NCBI GenBank assembly: GCA_034520965.1 | Contig: JAXHMY010000003.1 | Location: 96,001-160,000 of the forward strand | Direction: 5' to 3' | Source of the DNA: Spirochaetia bacterium | GTDB lineage: Bacteria; Spirochaetota; Spirochaetia; DSM-16054; Sediminispirochaetaceae | Length of the DNA stretch: 64,000 nt | In this document: piece by piece, positions 41,753 to 51,588 of the stretch | How the letters are laid out: the number at the start of each line of letters is the position of its first letter | Numbering within the stretch: position 1 is the first letter of the stretch | Notes under the pieces: generated by a model | Told to the model about the DNA's origin: nothing | Database searches by the model: none | What the model saw: only the letters and a program-made list of their open reading frames with translations | Position numbers and translations under genes: made by a program

Positions 41753-43666
41753 GTGGTACAAATAGATATGGACTACTATGAGCCTCACAGCAGTTTATTT
41801 GTAGCTAACCCGGAACAAGATCCCTGGCCCGCCGGCCTTCCCTCCTTCGATGAGCTGACGGAAGCGGCCCGAACACTTATATTATCCGCCTCAGGCTGGA
41901 GAAAGGTATTTGCCGCCGATGGGGATGAGGAGAGTTTTACTAGCCAAGTAAAGGGCGCTGATAAGCTGATTGCCGCGGCTGCAGCGCTCAGTTTTGTTGA
42001 ATATCTTATTCGCCTGCATGGGCCTCATATAGTAATGTGGCTTGGCTGTGACAGCCGTCCCACCGGCTCGGCCTTGACGGATGTAATGCTGAGGGTTTTT
42101 ATTGCGCTTGATGTAAAGGTCAAGGCCGGCTTTATCACCGCCGCCCCGGAGCTAATGGCGGCAGTTAAACTTGATAAAGAAGCCCATGGCTTTGCCTATA
42201 TTTCCGCCAGCCATAATCCTGTCGGTCATAACGGAATGAAGTTCGGTACTGCCAACGGTGCTGTATTGGGAGGCAGCGGCTCAACAGAATTAATTGCCCA
42301 TTTTGAGTCTGCCCTATCTGAACCGCGCATCATTGAAAAGTTGGGTCGACTTTGCCGGCAGGCAGATACCGCAACCTATCAAGCTGTACTTCAGGCTATT
42401 CCGGAGAACAAGCATACCGCAGAACAAACTTACGCCCGTTTCACCCGCCAGGTTGTATCAGGCAGTGATAGTCCCGACCAACAGTCTGCTTTTTTTGATG
42501 CCTTGACAGATTCTTTAGGCCGCACTCCAATTGGAATTGTCGGTGAACTAAATGGAAGCGCTCGCAGTACTTCAATTGATAGAGACTTCCTGGGGGAGTC
42601 CGGTTTTACAGTTAAAATGTATAACGATACAGCCCGGAACATAGTACACTCCATAGTCCCTGAAGGAGCCGGACTTGATCCCTGCCGCGAACTACTCACC
42701 CGAGCACACGCCAAAAACCCCGCTTTTACCCTCGGCTATGTTCCCGATAACGATGGCGATCGGGGGAATCTGGTTTACATAAAAAGCCCCGGTCAGCAAG
42801 CCCAGCGGATTGCCGCCCAGGAGTTATTTGCATTGGTGGTCCTGGCCGAACTCTCCTATCAAAACCACCTTCAAAAGGAATCTTCCGCACAAGCAAAAGC
42901 GGTGGTGGTCAATGGTCCAACTTCTATGCGCATCGAGCGAATCGCAAAGGCCTTTGCTGCCGAGGTGTGGCGGGCCGAGGTTGGAGAGGCCAATGTTGTT
43001 ACTTTGGCCGAGCAGCTGAGAACAAAGGGATACCAGGTCCGTATTTTGGGTGAAGGATCCAACGGCGGCAACATTACTCATCCCTCAACCGTGCGGGATC
43101 CTCTTAGCACAATTTATTCAATTTCCAGGCTTCTGGCCTTCCGCGGCGAGGCCTCCAGCTTCAATCCATACGCACAATGGTGCCGCAGCCCAGAAAGTTC
43201 TGCAGTGTACAGTTCCGCTTTTAATCTTGGCCAGGTAATAGCTTCTCTGCCACCCTTTGTAACTACCAACGCCTACGAAGCTGAGGCAAAAATGCGAATA
43301 TCCACCCACGACCACGCCGCACTCAAGCGCCGTTGGGAATATGTTTTTTTGCAGGGATGGGAACAGTATAAAGATTTTCTGCGCACTGAATATGGTATCG
43401 TCAGCTGGCGGGAGGTAAACTACGAAGGTACCCAAGCCCGCACCGGTTTTGGCCCAAATTTTCGTAGCGGAAATGAAAAGGGCGGGTTCAAAATTACTTT
43501 TTCAAATGCTGCCGGTGAAGATACCGACTTTATTTGGATGCGCGGCTCTGGTACTGAACCGGTATTCAGAGTGATGGCGGATTCTTATGGGAATGACCAT
43601 CAGCGGCATGATTGGCTTCTGCAGTGGCATCGAGATATGATTGCGACGGCGGATAGCATCAAATAA
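41753..43666 (+). CDS. Phosphohexomutase (phosphoglucomutase/phosphomannomutase family)
   Basis: SASHNP, DNDGDR, GEGSNGG, RGSGTEP; start may be Met at 41768. Confidence 0.85.
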   Translation: MVQIDMDYYEPHSSLFVANPEQDPWPAGLPSFDELTEAARTLILSASGWRKVFAADGDEESFTSQVKGADKLIAAAAALSFVEYLIRLHGPHIVMWLGCDSRPTGSALTDVMLRVFIALDVKVKAGFITAAPELMAAVKLDKEAHGFAYISASHNPVGHNGMKFGTANGAVLGGSGSTELIAHFESALSEPRIIEKLGRLCRQADTATYQAVLQAIPENKHTAEQTYARFTRQVVSGSDSPDQQSAFFDALTDSLGRTPIGIVGELNGSARSTSIDRDFLGESGFTVKMYNDTARNIVHSIVPEGAGLDPCRELLTRAHAKNPAFTLGYVPDNDGDRGNLVYIKSPGQQAQRIAAQELFALVVLAELSYQNHLQKESSAQAKAVVVNGPTSMRIERIAKAFAAEVWRAEVGEANVVTLAEQLRTKGYQVRILGEGSNGGNITHPSTVRDPLSTIYSISRLLAFRGEASSFNPYAQWCRSPESSAVYSSAFNLGQVIASLPPFVTTNAYEAEAKMRISTHDHAALKRRWEYVFLQGWEQYKDFLRTEYGIVSWREVNYEGTQARTGFGPNFRSGNEKGGFKITFSNAAGEDTDFIWMRGSGTEPVFRVMADSYGNDHQRHDWLLQWHRDMIATADSIK

Positions 43667-43704
43667 ATTACTATTAAATACAACACACATGTAAGGAGGA
43701 AAAA

Positions 43705-44412
43705 ATGAGTGTACATATTGGGGCAAATCCAGGGGATGTCGCAGAAGTAGTTTTAATGCCCGGCGATCCACTGCGGGCGCAGTTTATTGCAGAGAACTAT
43801 CTCTCCAATCCCGTACAGTATAATAAGGTAAGAGGTATGTATGGTTTTACAGGAACCTATAAAGGCAGCCCGGTTTCTGTACAAGGTTCAGGAATGGGAA
43901 TTCCATCAATTGGAATTTACGCCCATGAGCTTATCAACGATTTTGGAGTAAAACGGCTGATGCGGATTGGCTCATGCGGATCTTTACAGAAACATGTGAA
44001 AATCCGTGACATCGTGTTTGGGATGGCCGCTTCCCACGACTCAGGTATAAACGACCGTCGTTTTCCCGACATGACCTATGCCCCCACCGCAGATTTTACT
44101 CTGCTTGAAACCGCAGTAAACTCGGCTCGCGGGAAGGGCTATCAATTTCATGTGGGCAACATACTCTCGACCGACACTTTTTACAATGATGACCCCGATC
44201 TATCAAAGCAGTGGGCGGCTTTCGGCGTTTTAGCTGTGGAGATGGAAGGGGCCGCACTCTACACTCTGGCATCAAAGTTTGGAGTACAGGCGCTTACCAT
44301 GCTGACGGTCAGCGACCATCTGGTAACCGGAGAGCAAACCACCAGTGAAGAGAGAGAAAAAACTTTTACTCAAATGATGGAAGTTGCCCTGGAGACCGCA
44401 GTATCGGAGTAA
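43705..44412 (+). CDS. deoD: Purine nucleoside phosphorylase
   Basis: MPGDPLRA, GMGIPS, RIGSCG, VEMEG, TVSDH. Confidence 0.95.
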   Translation: MSVHIGANPGDVAEVVLMPGDPLRAQFIAENYLSNPVQYNKVRGMYGFTGTYKGSPVSVQGSGMGIPSIGIYAHELINDFGVKRLMRIGSCGSLQKHVKIRDIVFGMAASHDSGINDRRFPDMTYAPTADFTLLETAVNSARGKGYQFHVGNILSTDTFYNDDPDLSKQWAAFGVLAVEMEGAALYTLASKFGVQALTMLTVSDHLVTGEQTTSEEREKTFTQMMEVALETAVSE

Positions 44413-44430
44413 AATACACAAGATAAGAGC

Positions 44431-44473
44431 AAGCGGCGGCTTAACAAAATTTAAAGAGTTAATGCCGCCGCTT
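44431..44473. terminator. Hairpin between convergent deoD and mutY
   Basis: AAGCGGCGGC-TTAAC...GTTAA-T-GCCGCCGCTT. Confidence 0.7.
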
Positions 44474-45296
44474 ATGAACCAATACGGTAGGTTTCATTCT
44501 CCGCAGCAATAAACCCTTCCCTCTCCAAGTCAGACAGACAGTTGAGCACTCTGGATTCCTCAAAAGAATTCATCTCACCGTAAATAACATCCTTTGAAAG
44601 CGGGCCTTGATGGGTAATCAGACGCAGCAACGCACCGCGTATTTGGCGGTTCGAGTTTTCAAATGGAGCCTGACGGCGATAATGAGCGCTGCGCCGGTTG
44701 GGATTTATAACCGCATATTTAAGGTATACCCCATAGTCCATCAGTGCGTAATACCATTGCCTGGGATTCGATGCATCGAGCACCTGGGTCACCACGGCCA
44801 GAACATCGCTATCATGAACCCCCTCTTTGGAATCAAAAAAATGGTACAGCATCACACGACGGATGTTGGTCTCAATAAAAGCAACCGGTTTATTAAAAAT
44901 AAAGGCCTGCAAGGAGCCTGCGGTTGCCGGGCCGATCATCGGAAAGCTCAACAGAATATCCGGGTCATCGGGCAGCATATCGGAGTGGTTACGATGAACC
45001 AATTCCGCTATCCGCTTAAGTCCCAGAGCCCGGCGGTTGTAGCCCAGCCCTTGCCACAGACTCAGCACTTCAGCCAAGGGGGCTGTGGCTAATTCCGCAT
45101 ACCCCGGAAAACGCTCTAAAAAGGGATGGTATTTTTTAAGCACCCGCTCGGTCTGGGTTTGCTGCAGCATGAGTTCTGAAACAAGAATTTTGTAGGGGTC
45201 ATTAGTATCGCGCCAGGGAAAAGGCCGGCCGTACTCGTGGTAGTAATTCCATATACGTTGTTGAAAGCGGACTACCGCCTCTGTAGAAAGCTGCAT
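44472..45296 (-). CDS. mutY: A/G-specific adenine glycosylase, short form without Fe-S motif
   Basis: PWR, VSELMLQQT, WQGLGYNRRA, HhH FPMIGPATA, ETNIRRV, ALMDYG. Confidence 0.85.
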   Translation of the reverse strand: MQLSTEAVVRFQQRIWNYYHEYGRPFPWRDTNDPYKILVSELMLQQTQTERVLKKYHPFLERFPGYAELATAPLAEVLSLWQGLGYNRRALGLKRIAELVHRNHSDMLPDDPDILLSFPMIGPATAGSLQAFIFNKPVAFIETNIRRVMLYHFFDSKEGVHDSDVLAVVTQVLDASNPRQWYYALMDYGVYLKYAVINPNRRSAHYRRQAPFENSNRQIRGALLRLITHQGPLSKDVIYGEMNSFEESRVLNCLSDLEREGFIAAENETYRIGS

Positions 45297-45314
45297 GCTG
45301 TGTTTATAAAGACT

Positions 45315-46376
45315 TTATAAAGCGGCCTTTTCCCGCCGTTTGCGGGCCTTCTCCGCACCGCGACTGATACGGTTCCACACTCCCGTAAGTCCCATCGCTT
45401 TTTTCATTTCCCTTAAGGTCTCTTTGGCCTCTTCACGGGCTGCCTGGGTTCCTTCAAAAATAACCTCTTCCACCAGCCCTGTCTGTGCCTGAAAGATGGA
45501 ACGTTGCTCACGTATTGGGGCCAAAAAGTCATTCAATGCCGCTATCAGTTTATCCTTTACCTCGACATCTCCAACCTTACCACTGCGGTAGCGAGTTTTA
45601 AGGTCCTCGACCTCGGATTTGTTCGGATTAAAAATATCGTGGTACATAAACACCGGGTTTCCCTCTACCTTGCCGGGCACATCGGCTCGCACACGGTTAG
45701 GGTCGGTGTACATACTGCGCACCTTCTTCTCAACCGTTTTGGCATCATCGGAAATATAGATGGCGTTGTTCAAAGATTTGGACATTTTCGCGCTTCCGTC
45801 GGTACCTACCAAAGTCGGAACTTCACCGATTCTTACATCCGGTATCGGAAAAACCTCCCCATAGAGGCTGTTAAAGCGACGGGCTATTTCACGGGTAAGC
45901 TCTACGTGTGACTCATTATCCTTGCCCACCGGTACCAGGTTAGCCCGGGGCATGAGAATATCGGCGGCCTGGAGTACCGGATACCCTAGCAAACCGAAGG
46001 GTATCTCATTCAGGTTCGCAGAGTTTGCCATATCCTTGATACTCGGCAGCCGTTGGAGCCTCGGCACCGTTACCAGCATCTCGAAAATAAGGTTCATTTC
46101 ATATATTTCGTGGACCGCCGACTGCAGATAGATCTTTGACTTTTGCGGGTCAATACCACAAGCTAAATAATCGAGTACCATCTCTTTTGAATTAGCGGTA
46201 ATACTCTCTATGTCCTCTTTGCTCGGTTTAGTAGTTAACATGTGTAAATCGGCGATAATAAAGAAACAATCGTACTGTTCCTGATACTTCACTCTATTAA
46301 AAATTGATCCGACATAGTGGCCCAAGTGCAGTTTACCGGTTGGCCTATCTCCGGTCAGTATTCGAGGTTTATCCAT
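45315..46376 (-). CDS. trpS: Tryptophan--tRNA ligase
   Basis: [27 protein letters not shown]; likely start MDKPR at 46376. Confidence 0.95.
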   Translation of the reverse strand: MDKPRILTGDRPTGKLHLGHYVGSIFNRVKYQEQYDCFFIIADLHMLTTKPSKEDIESITANSKEMVLDYLACGIDPQKSKIYLQSAVHEIYEMNLIFEMLVTVPRLQRLPSIKDMANSANLNEIPFGLLGYPVLQAADILMPRANLVPVGKDNESHVELTREIARRFNSLYGEVFPIPDVRIGEVPTLVGTDGSAKMSKSLNNAIYISDDAKTVEKKVRSMYTDPNRVRADVPGKVEGNPVFMYHDIFNPNKSEVEDLKTRYRSGKVGDVEVKDKLIAALNDFLAPIREQRSIFQAQTGLVEEVIFEGTQAAREEAKETLREMKKAMGLTGVWNRISRGAEKARKRREKAAL

Positions 46377-46446
46377 TCTGGCACTCCATAAATTAAGGTA
46401 TCGCTTTACTATATCGCGGCTTGAAAAAAGAGACAACAGTTATGCG

Positions 46447-46588
46447 CAGCAATTCTCAATTTGGATAGTGTAATTACACTATCCAAATTGAAAATGCCTC
46501 CAAAAGTTAAGATATATAAAAATTTGGCAAAGAATTTGATGCGAATCTCAATTTGGAAGTCAGAAGACTTCCAAATTGAGAATCGCTG
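46447..46588. mobile_element. MITE-like double-hairpin element, copy 2 (142 bp)
   Basis: TIRs CAGCAATTCTCAATTTGGA / TCCAAATTGAGAATCGCTG (18/19); 9-bp direct repeat AGTTATGCG at 46438-46446 and 46589-46597. Confidence 0.85.
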
Positions 46589-46621
46589 AGTTATGCGGTT
46601 TATAACAGGAATTCTGAAGAG

Positions 46622-47692
46622 TTATTCCGACTTCTCTTCGAGGGGAGACGGACTTTTAGCCGCCTGAACATGCCCGCTTTCCATTAGGATTGCCAGAGGG
46701 CGCAGAGCCGGTATGTTTTCACAGGCTATTTGAAGGACAACTGTAATGGGAACCGACAAAAACATTCCCATTACCCCCCAAATCCATCCCCAGAAAATCA
46801 GTGAAAAAAGTATCAAGAGAGGACTAATGTTTAGTCGGCGTCCTTGCAGACGGGGATCGATAAAGTTTCCAATGGTAACTTGGGTGGCTATCATCGCAAT
46901 GGAAACCGCTGCAATTTTACCCATATCCGGGTAAAACTGCACCACTCCCATGGTTACCGTAATTACTACCAACATAAACGATCCGATAGAGGGGATAAAA
47001 TTCAGCAAAAACGCTAAAACTCCCCATACGATCGGAAAATCCAGACCGATTATAGACAGGAAAAACCACACCAGTATGCCGGTCGCTAGGCTGATAAAGA
47101 ACTTTAAGTTGATATACCGTCCCACCTGCTGATTGATGTGCTCGAGGATGCGGCCGATCCGTCTGCCCGTTTCCTCATTGAAGGCTCGGGCCAGTTTATG
47201 CTTAAGCAGGGGTTTTTCTAACAGGAGAAAAATCAAGAAAATAATTATTAAAACTAAGGAGCTGATAAAATTAATTAAAGAGCTTGAGATACTTACCAGA
47301 TAAGTGCGCAGCCTACCCTGCCAGTTAATGTCGGTGGTAAAATCAAAGGAGACTTCGAACCTCTCCATCACCATGGCTTCAATCTGTGCACTGATCTCCA
47401 TATAACGGGCGGCATACTTTGGATATTCCTGAATAAAGGAGTTTACACTTGCCTGCAAGAACAAATAGATCAGGAACATCGCCCCGAACAGCACCAGCAG
47501 CACCATTACTAGAGCAAGTATGCGCGGTACATGCAGTTTATCCAGCAGATTTATCAATGGTGCCAATATAAAAGAGAGAAATATTGCTATAATGAGGGGG
47601 AGCAAAATAGCGGAGGCAATTTTTAAGACCGCCCCCATCATAATTACGGCAATAACAGCTAAAAGCCCTGTTGAAACAGCAGATACTCGCAT
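46622..47692 (-). CDS. AI-2E family transporter
   Basis: Multi-TM, LNFIPSIG, GNFIDPRLQG, WGWIWGVMGMFLSVP. Confidence 0.9.
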   Translation of the reverse strand: MRVSAVSTGLLAVIAVIMMGAVLKIASAILLPLIIAIFLSFILAPLINLLDKLHVPRILALVMVLLVLFGAMFLIYLFLQASVNSFIQEYPKYAARYMEISAQIEAMVMERFEVSFDFTTDINWQGRLRTYLVSISSSLINFISSLVLIIIFLIFLLLEKPLLKHKLARAFNEETGRRIGRILEHINQQVGRYINLKFFISLATGILVWFFLSIIGLDFPIVWGVLAFLLNFIPSIGSFMLVVITVTMGVVQFYPDMGKIAAVSIAMIATQVTIGNFIDPRLQGRRLNISPLLILFSLIFWGWIWGVMGMFLSVPITVVLQIACENIPALRPLAILMESGHVQAAKSPSPLEEKSE

Positions 47693-47733
47693 AGTGTGAT
47701 CATTTTAGCATTTTATCCAACTTAAGGGAACTC

Positions 47734-48699
47734 TTAGCGCTTTCCAAACACGCGGCTGATAAGACTCCCTCGCTCCTGCTGATCTTCATAATACGGTCCC
47801 AGGGACAGCAGACGATGTGAACGCTCCTTCAATAACTGAGAAGCTTTCTTATTAATTAAAATAGGCAGCTGCTGCGCCAAAACTTCCTGCATATAACGAG
47901 CGGTATTCTCGGCATCCTTATGAGCTCCGCCTTCACCCTCGGAAATAATGCCGTGGATAACTCCCAGCTCCAATAGGTCGCGGGAGGTCATGCGCATTAG
48001 TTCGGCGGCCAGTTTAGCCTTTGAAGAATCCCGCAGCAGAATAGAGGCACAGCCTTCTGGCGAAATTACCGAGTATACGGAATTTTCCAGCATAAAGACC
48101 CTGTCGCCTACTCCGATACCTAGGGCCCCTCCGGAACCGCCTTCTCCAATTACAATTACAATTATTGGAACCTGCAGCCGTGAGAACTCTTTAAGATTAC
48201 GGGCAATTGCTTCTCCAATTCCCTTCTCTTCTGCTGTAATCCCCGGGTACGCTCCCGGTGTGTCGATAAAGGTAATTATCGGACGACCGAAGGCCTCCGC
48301 CTCATGGGCCAGCCTCAAGGCCTTACGGTAGCCCCCCGGCTGAGCCATTCCGTAGTTGCGTTTCAGGTTGTCCTTAAGATTCCGCCCCTTTTGCTGGGCC
48401 AGCACGGTCACAGGAATCCCCTCAAAAAAACCGATCCCCCCTATTAACGCGGCATCGTCTCCACCCTGTCGATCTCCGTGCATCTCAAGAAAATTATCAA
48501 ACACCCTGTCTATATAATCCAGAGCGGTGGGGCGCTCAGGATGGCGCGCAAGGGTAACCTTATCCCAGGCACTGGTTCCGCTTTCCCCGCCGTAGAGCTT
48601 ATGTTCTATCTTGGACAGATCCTCGTATACATGCATATGCTCTTCAGAGGCCATCTTTTTAAGTTCTTTCAGTTTTTTCTGAAAATTAAATTCAGGCAT
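47734..48699 (-). CDS. accA: Acetyl-CoA carboxylase carboxyltransferase alpha
   Basis: ARHPERP, GYRKALR, DTPGAYPG, GEGGSGGAL, SVISPEG. Confidence 0.95.
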   Translation of the reverse strand: MPEFNFQKKLKELKKMASEEHMHVYEDLSKIEHKLYGGESGTSAWDKVTLARHPERPTALDYIDRVFDNFLEMHGDRQGGDDAALIGGIGFFEGIPVTVLAQQKGRNLKDNLKRNYGMAQPGGYRKALRLAHEAEAFGRPIITFIDTPGAYPGITAEEKGIGEAIARNLKEFSRLQVPIIVIVIGEGGSGGALGIGVGDRVFMLENSVYSVISPEGCASILLRDSSKAKLAAELMRMTSRDLLELGVIHGIISEGEGGAHKDAENTARYMQEVLAQQLPILINKKASQLLKERSHRLLSLGPYYEDQQERGSLISRVFGKR

Positions 48700-48702
48700 A
48701 GA

Positions 48703-49611
48703 CTATCTCGCCTCCCGGTGCGGTATATGGGCGTCGATTAGAAAAGAGAGCGTAGATTTCAATTGCTTCCGATCAACGATAGTATCTACAAAGCCCTTCT
48801 CCTGCTGAAATTCCGACCGCTGAAAGCCTTCTGGAAGTTTCTGCTTAATAGTCGATTCTATTACCCGCGGACCGGCAAAACCTATCAGCGCTCCCGGTTC
48901 GGCTAAAATTACGTTCCCCAGCATCGCAAAGGAGGCGGTAACCCCGCCGGTAGTCGGATGGGTAAGCACTACAAAAAACGGCAGTCCCTGCTCTTGCAGC
49001 AGGGCAATTGCATGACTGGTTTTTGCCATTTGCATAAGGGAGTATATGCCCTCCTGCATTCTGGCGCCTCCGGATGCTGTAAACAGCACTACCGGCAGCT
49101 TCTTTTCGGCCCCTTTGAGCAGCAGCCGAGTTACTTTTTCTCCTACAGCCACCCCCATACTGCCCCCCATAAAGGCAAAAGACATCACCCCCAGGGCCGC
49201 GGGTCGGCCCTCTATAAGGCAAGTACCAATGCTCACAGCTTCGTTTTGTCCGGACTTCTGCTGTGCCTTTTCAAGTTTTTCCCGGTACCCGGGAAACTCA
49301 ATCGGGTCCACCGACCGAATGCTCGCATCAAATTGCTTGAAGCTCCCCGGGTCAGCAACTGAAGAGATCCGCTCCTTCAAAGTCAGCTGAAAATGGTGGT
49401 TACAGCCGGGACAGACATACATATTCTCTTTTAAGATTTTATCATCAATATGACGATGGCAGAGCGGACAGGCGTGTTTATCCTCTATATAAGCCAGCTC
49501 GCTTTTCTTCTGCCCCGTTCGTGTCTTTTTTACACCACTGCTGCGCCAGGGCACACGACTTTCTGCCGGTGACCTTCCCGCACTAGGTTTAAATTTGTCA
49601 AGTATTCCCAT
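48703..49611 (-). CDS. accD: Acetyl-CoA carboxylase carboxyltransferase beta
   Basis: CPLC/CPGC Zn finger, FMGGSMG, SGGARMQEG, PTTGGVTASFA. Confidence 0.95.
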   Translation of the reverse strand: MGILDKFKPSAGRSPAESRVPWRSSGVKKTRTGQKKSELAYIEDKHACPLCHRHIDDKILKENMYVCPGCNHHFQLTLKERISSVADPGSFKQFDASIRSVDPIEFPGYREKLEKAQQKSGQNEAVSIGTCLIEGRPAALGVMSFAFMGGSMGVAVGEKVTRLLLKGAEKKLPVVLFTASGGARMQEGIYSLMQMAKTSHAIALLQEQGLPFFVVLTHPTTGGVTASFAMLGNVILAEPGALIGFAGPRVIESTIKQKLPEGFQRSEFQQEKGFVDTIVDRKQLKSTLSFLIDAHIPHREAR

Positions 49612-49614
49612 ACG

Positions 49615-50931
49615 TTACTCCTCAAGAATTCGGGAGAGACCGAAGGTTCCAAAGATTCCTCTCTGGAACAGGGTGCTGTTTAGTATTTTTTTCTGCACCT
49701 CAATATTGGTGTCGATGCCTTCAATTACATATTCATCGAGGGCTCGCTTCATTCGTGCAATTGCGCTCCGGCGATCACGTCCATAGGTTATCAGCTTGGA
49801 GACCAGTGAATCATAATGCGGAGAAACCGTATAACCTTGATACAGGAAGGAATCTACCCGTACATTACGCCCCCCCGGCTGCAGGTATCGGGTAATCTTC
49901 CCGGGAGTTGCAGCGTTAATCCGACACTCAATTGAGGCCCCTTCCAGCCGCACATCCTCCTGACGAATATCCATTGCCTCCCCGCTGCAGCCGCGAATCT
50001 GTTCCTTAATGATATCTACGTTGCTGATATATTCTGAAACCGGATGCTCAACCTGTACCCGAGCGTTTACTTCCATAAAATAATAGTTCTCGCCATCAAA
50101 CAAAAATTCAATTGTTCCGGCACCCTTATATCCAATTTTTTTAAATAGATTTACCGCATCCGAACACATCCGTTCTCTTATTTGCGGATCGATACCCGGT
50201 GAGGGACTCTCCTCTAAAACCTTTTGATGGTTCTTCTGTAATGAACAATCCCTTTCACCAAGATGAATTACGTTTCCATAGGTGTCTGCTAAAATCTGCA
50301 CTTCAATATGACGGGGATTCTCAAGATACTTCTCTATGTAAATGGTTCCGTCGGAAAATGAGGTCTCCGCCTCGTGGGTTGCAATCCGCATGGCCGTTTC
50401 AAGCTCCGACTCTTCACGTACAATTCGCATCCCCTTTCCGCCGCCTCCTGATGCGGCTTTGATAATAACCGGATAGCCCGCCTTTTCGGCAAAGGCGACG
50501 GCGGTTTCAAGGTCGCCTACCGGCCCATCACTTCCCGGTGTCACCGGCATGCCCGCATCCAAAGCAGTCCGCCTGGCCTGAACCTTGTCTCCAAGAAAAG
50601 AGATTGTCTCGGCGTCCGGACCGATAAACACTAAGCCCGCATCCTGCACCTGCTGCGCAAACTGTGCGCTCTCCGACAAAAAGCCTACTCCCGGATGAAT
50701 AGCGTCGCAGTCGGCGTACAAGGCGGCGGATATCAAGTTTGCACTATGTAGATAACTCTTCTTGGCCTCCGCCGGGCCGATGCATACGGCCTTATCGGCT
50801 AACTCAACGGCCAGAGACACCCGGTCGGCTTCTGAATAGCCTACCACCGCCTCTATTCCCATCTCTTTCAGTGTTCTCACTATTCTCACGGCAATTTCAC
50901 CGCGATTTGCTATAAATACCGATTTTACCAT
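49615..50931 (-). CDS. accC: Biotin carboxylase
   Basis: ANRGEIAVR, GGGGKGMR, ERDCS, FMEVNARVQVEHPV. Confidence 0.95.
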   Translation of the reverse strand: MVKSVFIANRGEIAVRIVRTLKEMGIEAVVGYSEADRVSLAVELADKAVCIGPAEAKKSYLHSANLISAALYADCDAIHPGVGFLSESAQFAQQVQDAGLVFIGPDAETISFLGDKVQARRTALDAGMPVTPGSDGPVGDLETAVAFAEKAGYPVIIKAASGGGGKGMRIVREESELETAMRIATHEAETSFSDGTIYIEKYLENPRHIEVQILADTYGNVIHLGERDCSLQKNHQKVLEESPSPGIDPQIRERMCSDAVNLFKKIGYKGAGTIEFLFDGENYYFMEVNARVQVEHPVSEYISNVDIIKEQIRGCSGEAMDIRQEDVRLEGASIECRINAATPGKITRYLQPGGRNVRVDSFLYQGYTVSPHYDSLVSKLITYGRDRRSAIARMKRALDEYVIEGIDTNIEVQKKILNSTLFQRGIFGTFGLSRILEE

Positions 50932-50932
50932 G

Positions 50933-51388
50933 CTACAGCTTCTCTACCTCAAACAGGGGAGACCCGTATTCTATCATCTGCTGGTTTTCGACTAAAATCC
51001 GCTTTATCCGGCAGTCAAACTCCGCTTCAAGCTCGTTCATCACTTTCATTGCCTCGATGATGCAGATGGTATCACCCTTGCTTACCTCATCGCCCTCTTC
51101 TACATACGGTGGAGAATCCGGTGATGGAGTCCGATAAAAGGTTCCCACAATGGGAGCAGTGATGAACTCATGGCTCTCATCGGGTGTTTCCGCAGATGAG
51201 CTCTGTTCCATATGGCCGTCCATGGCTGCAGCAGCAGGTGCTGCCACATGGTGGGGTGCAGCTACAGGCTGCACAACTGCTCCGGCTTTTTTCAGGCTGA
51301 GTTCAAACTCGCCGTCTTTTATATACATTTCTGCAAGAGAACTTGTATCAAGTTTTTCAATCAATTCAATTATCTCACTCTTTTTCAT
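50933..51388 (-). CDS. accB: Biotin carboxyl carrier protein
   Basis: APIVGTFY, EAMKVMN; start MKKSE after SD GGAGG. Confidence 0.95.
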   Translation of the reverse strand: MKKSEIIELIEKLDTSSLAEMYIKDGEFELSLKKAGAVVQPVAAPHHVAAPAAAAMDGHMEQSSSAETPDESHEFITAPIVGTFYRTPSPDSPPYVEEGDEVSKGDTICIIEAMKVMNELEAEFDCRIKRILVENQQMIEYGSPLFEVEKL

Positions 51389-51428
51389 GGTTCCTCCAGG
51401 TTTCAAGGGTCGCTCAAAATTTTCAGCG

Positions 51429-51464
51429 AAATTAGCACATTAGATTTCGGCCGTCAACCGAAAT
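51429..51464 (-). promoter_or_regulatory. acc operon promoter overlapped by palindromic operator
   Basis: Minus TTGACG-N17-TAATTT; ATTTCGG-N7-CCGAAAT covers the -35. Confidence 0.6.
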
Positions 51465-51588
51465 GTAATGCTTTTATCTCTTTTTTTCTACCCTTTACGA
51501 CGAAACTTCTTTTTCATCCTCTTGACGACTTTGAAAAAGTATGGCGTTGTGTGTATCTTTGTATATGACCACTCAAATAGGAGGATTT

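Noticed and set aside
46447..46588. CRISPR-like palindromic repeats
   Set aside because: Only two hairpin units, no repeat-spacer periodicity, no cas genes; TIR/TSD structure fits a MITE
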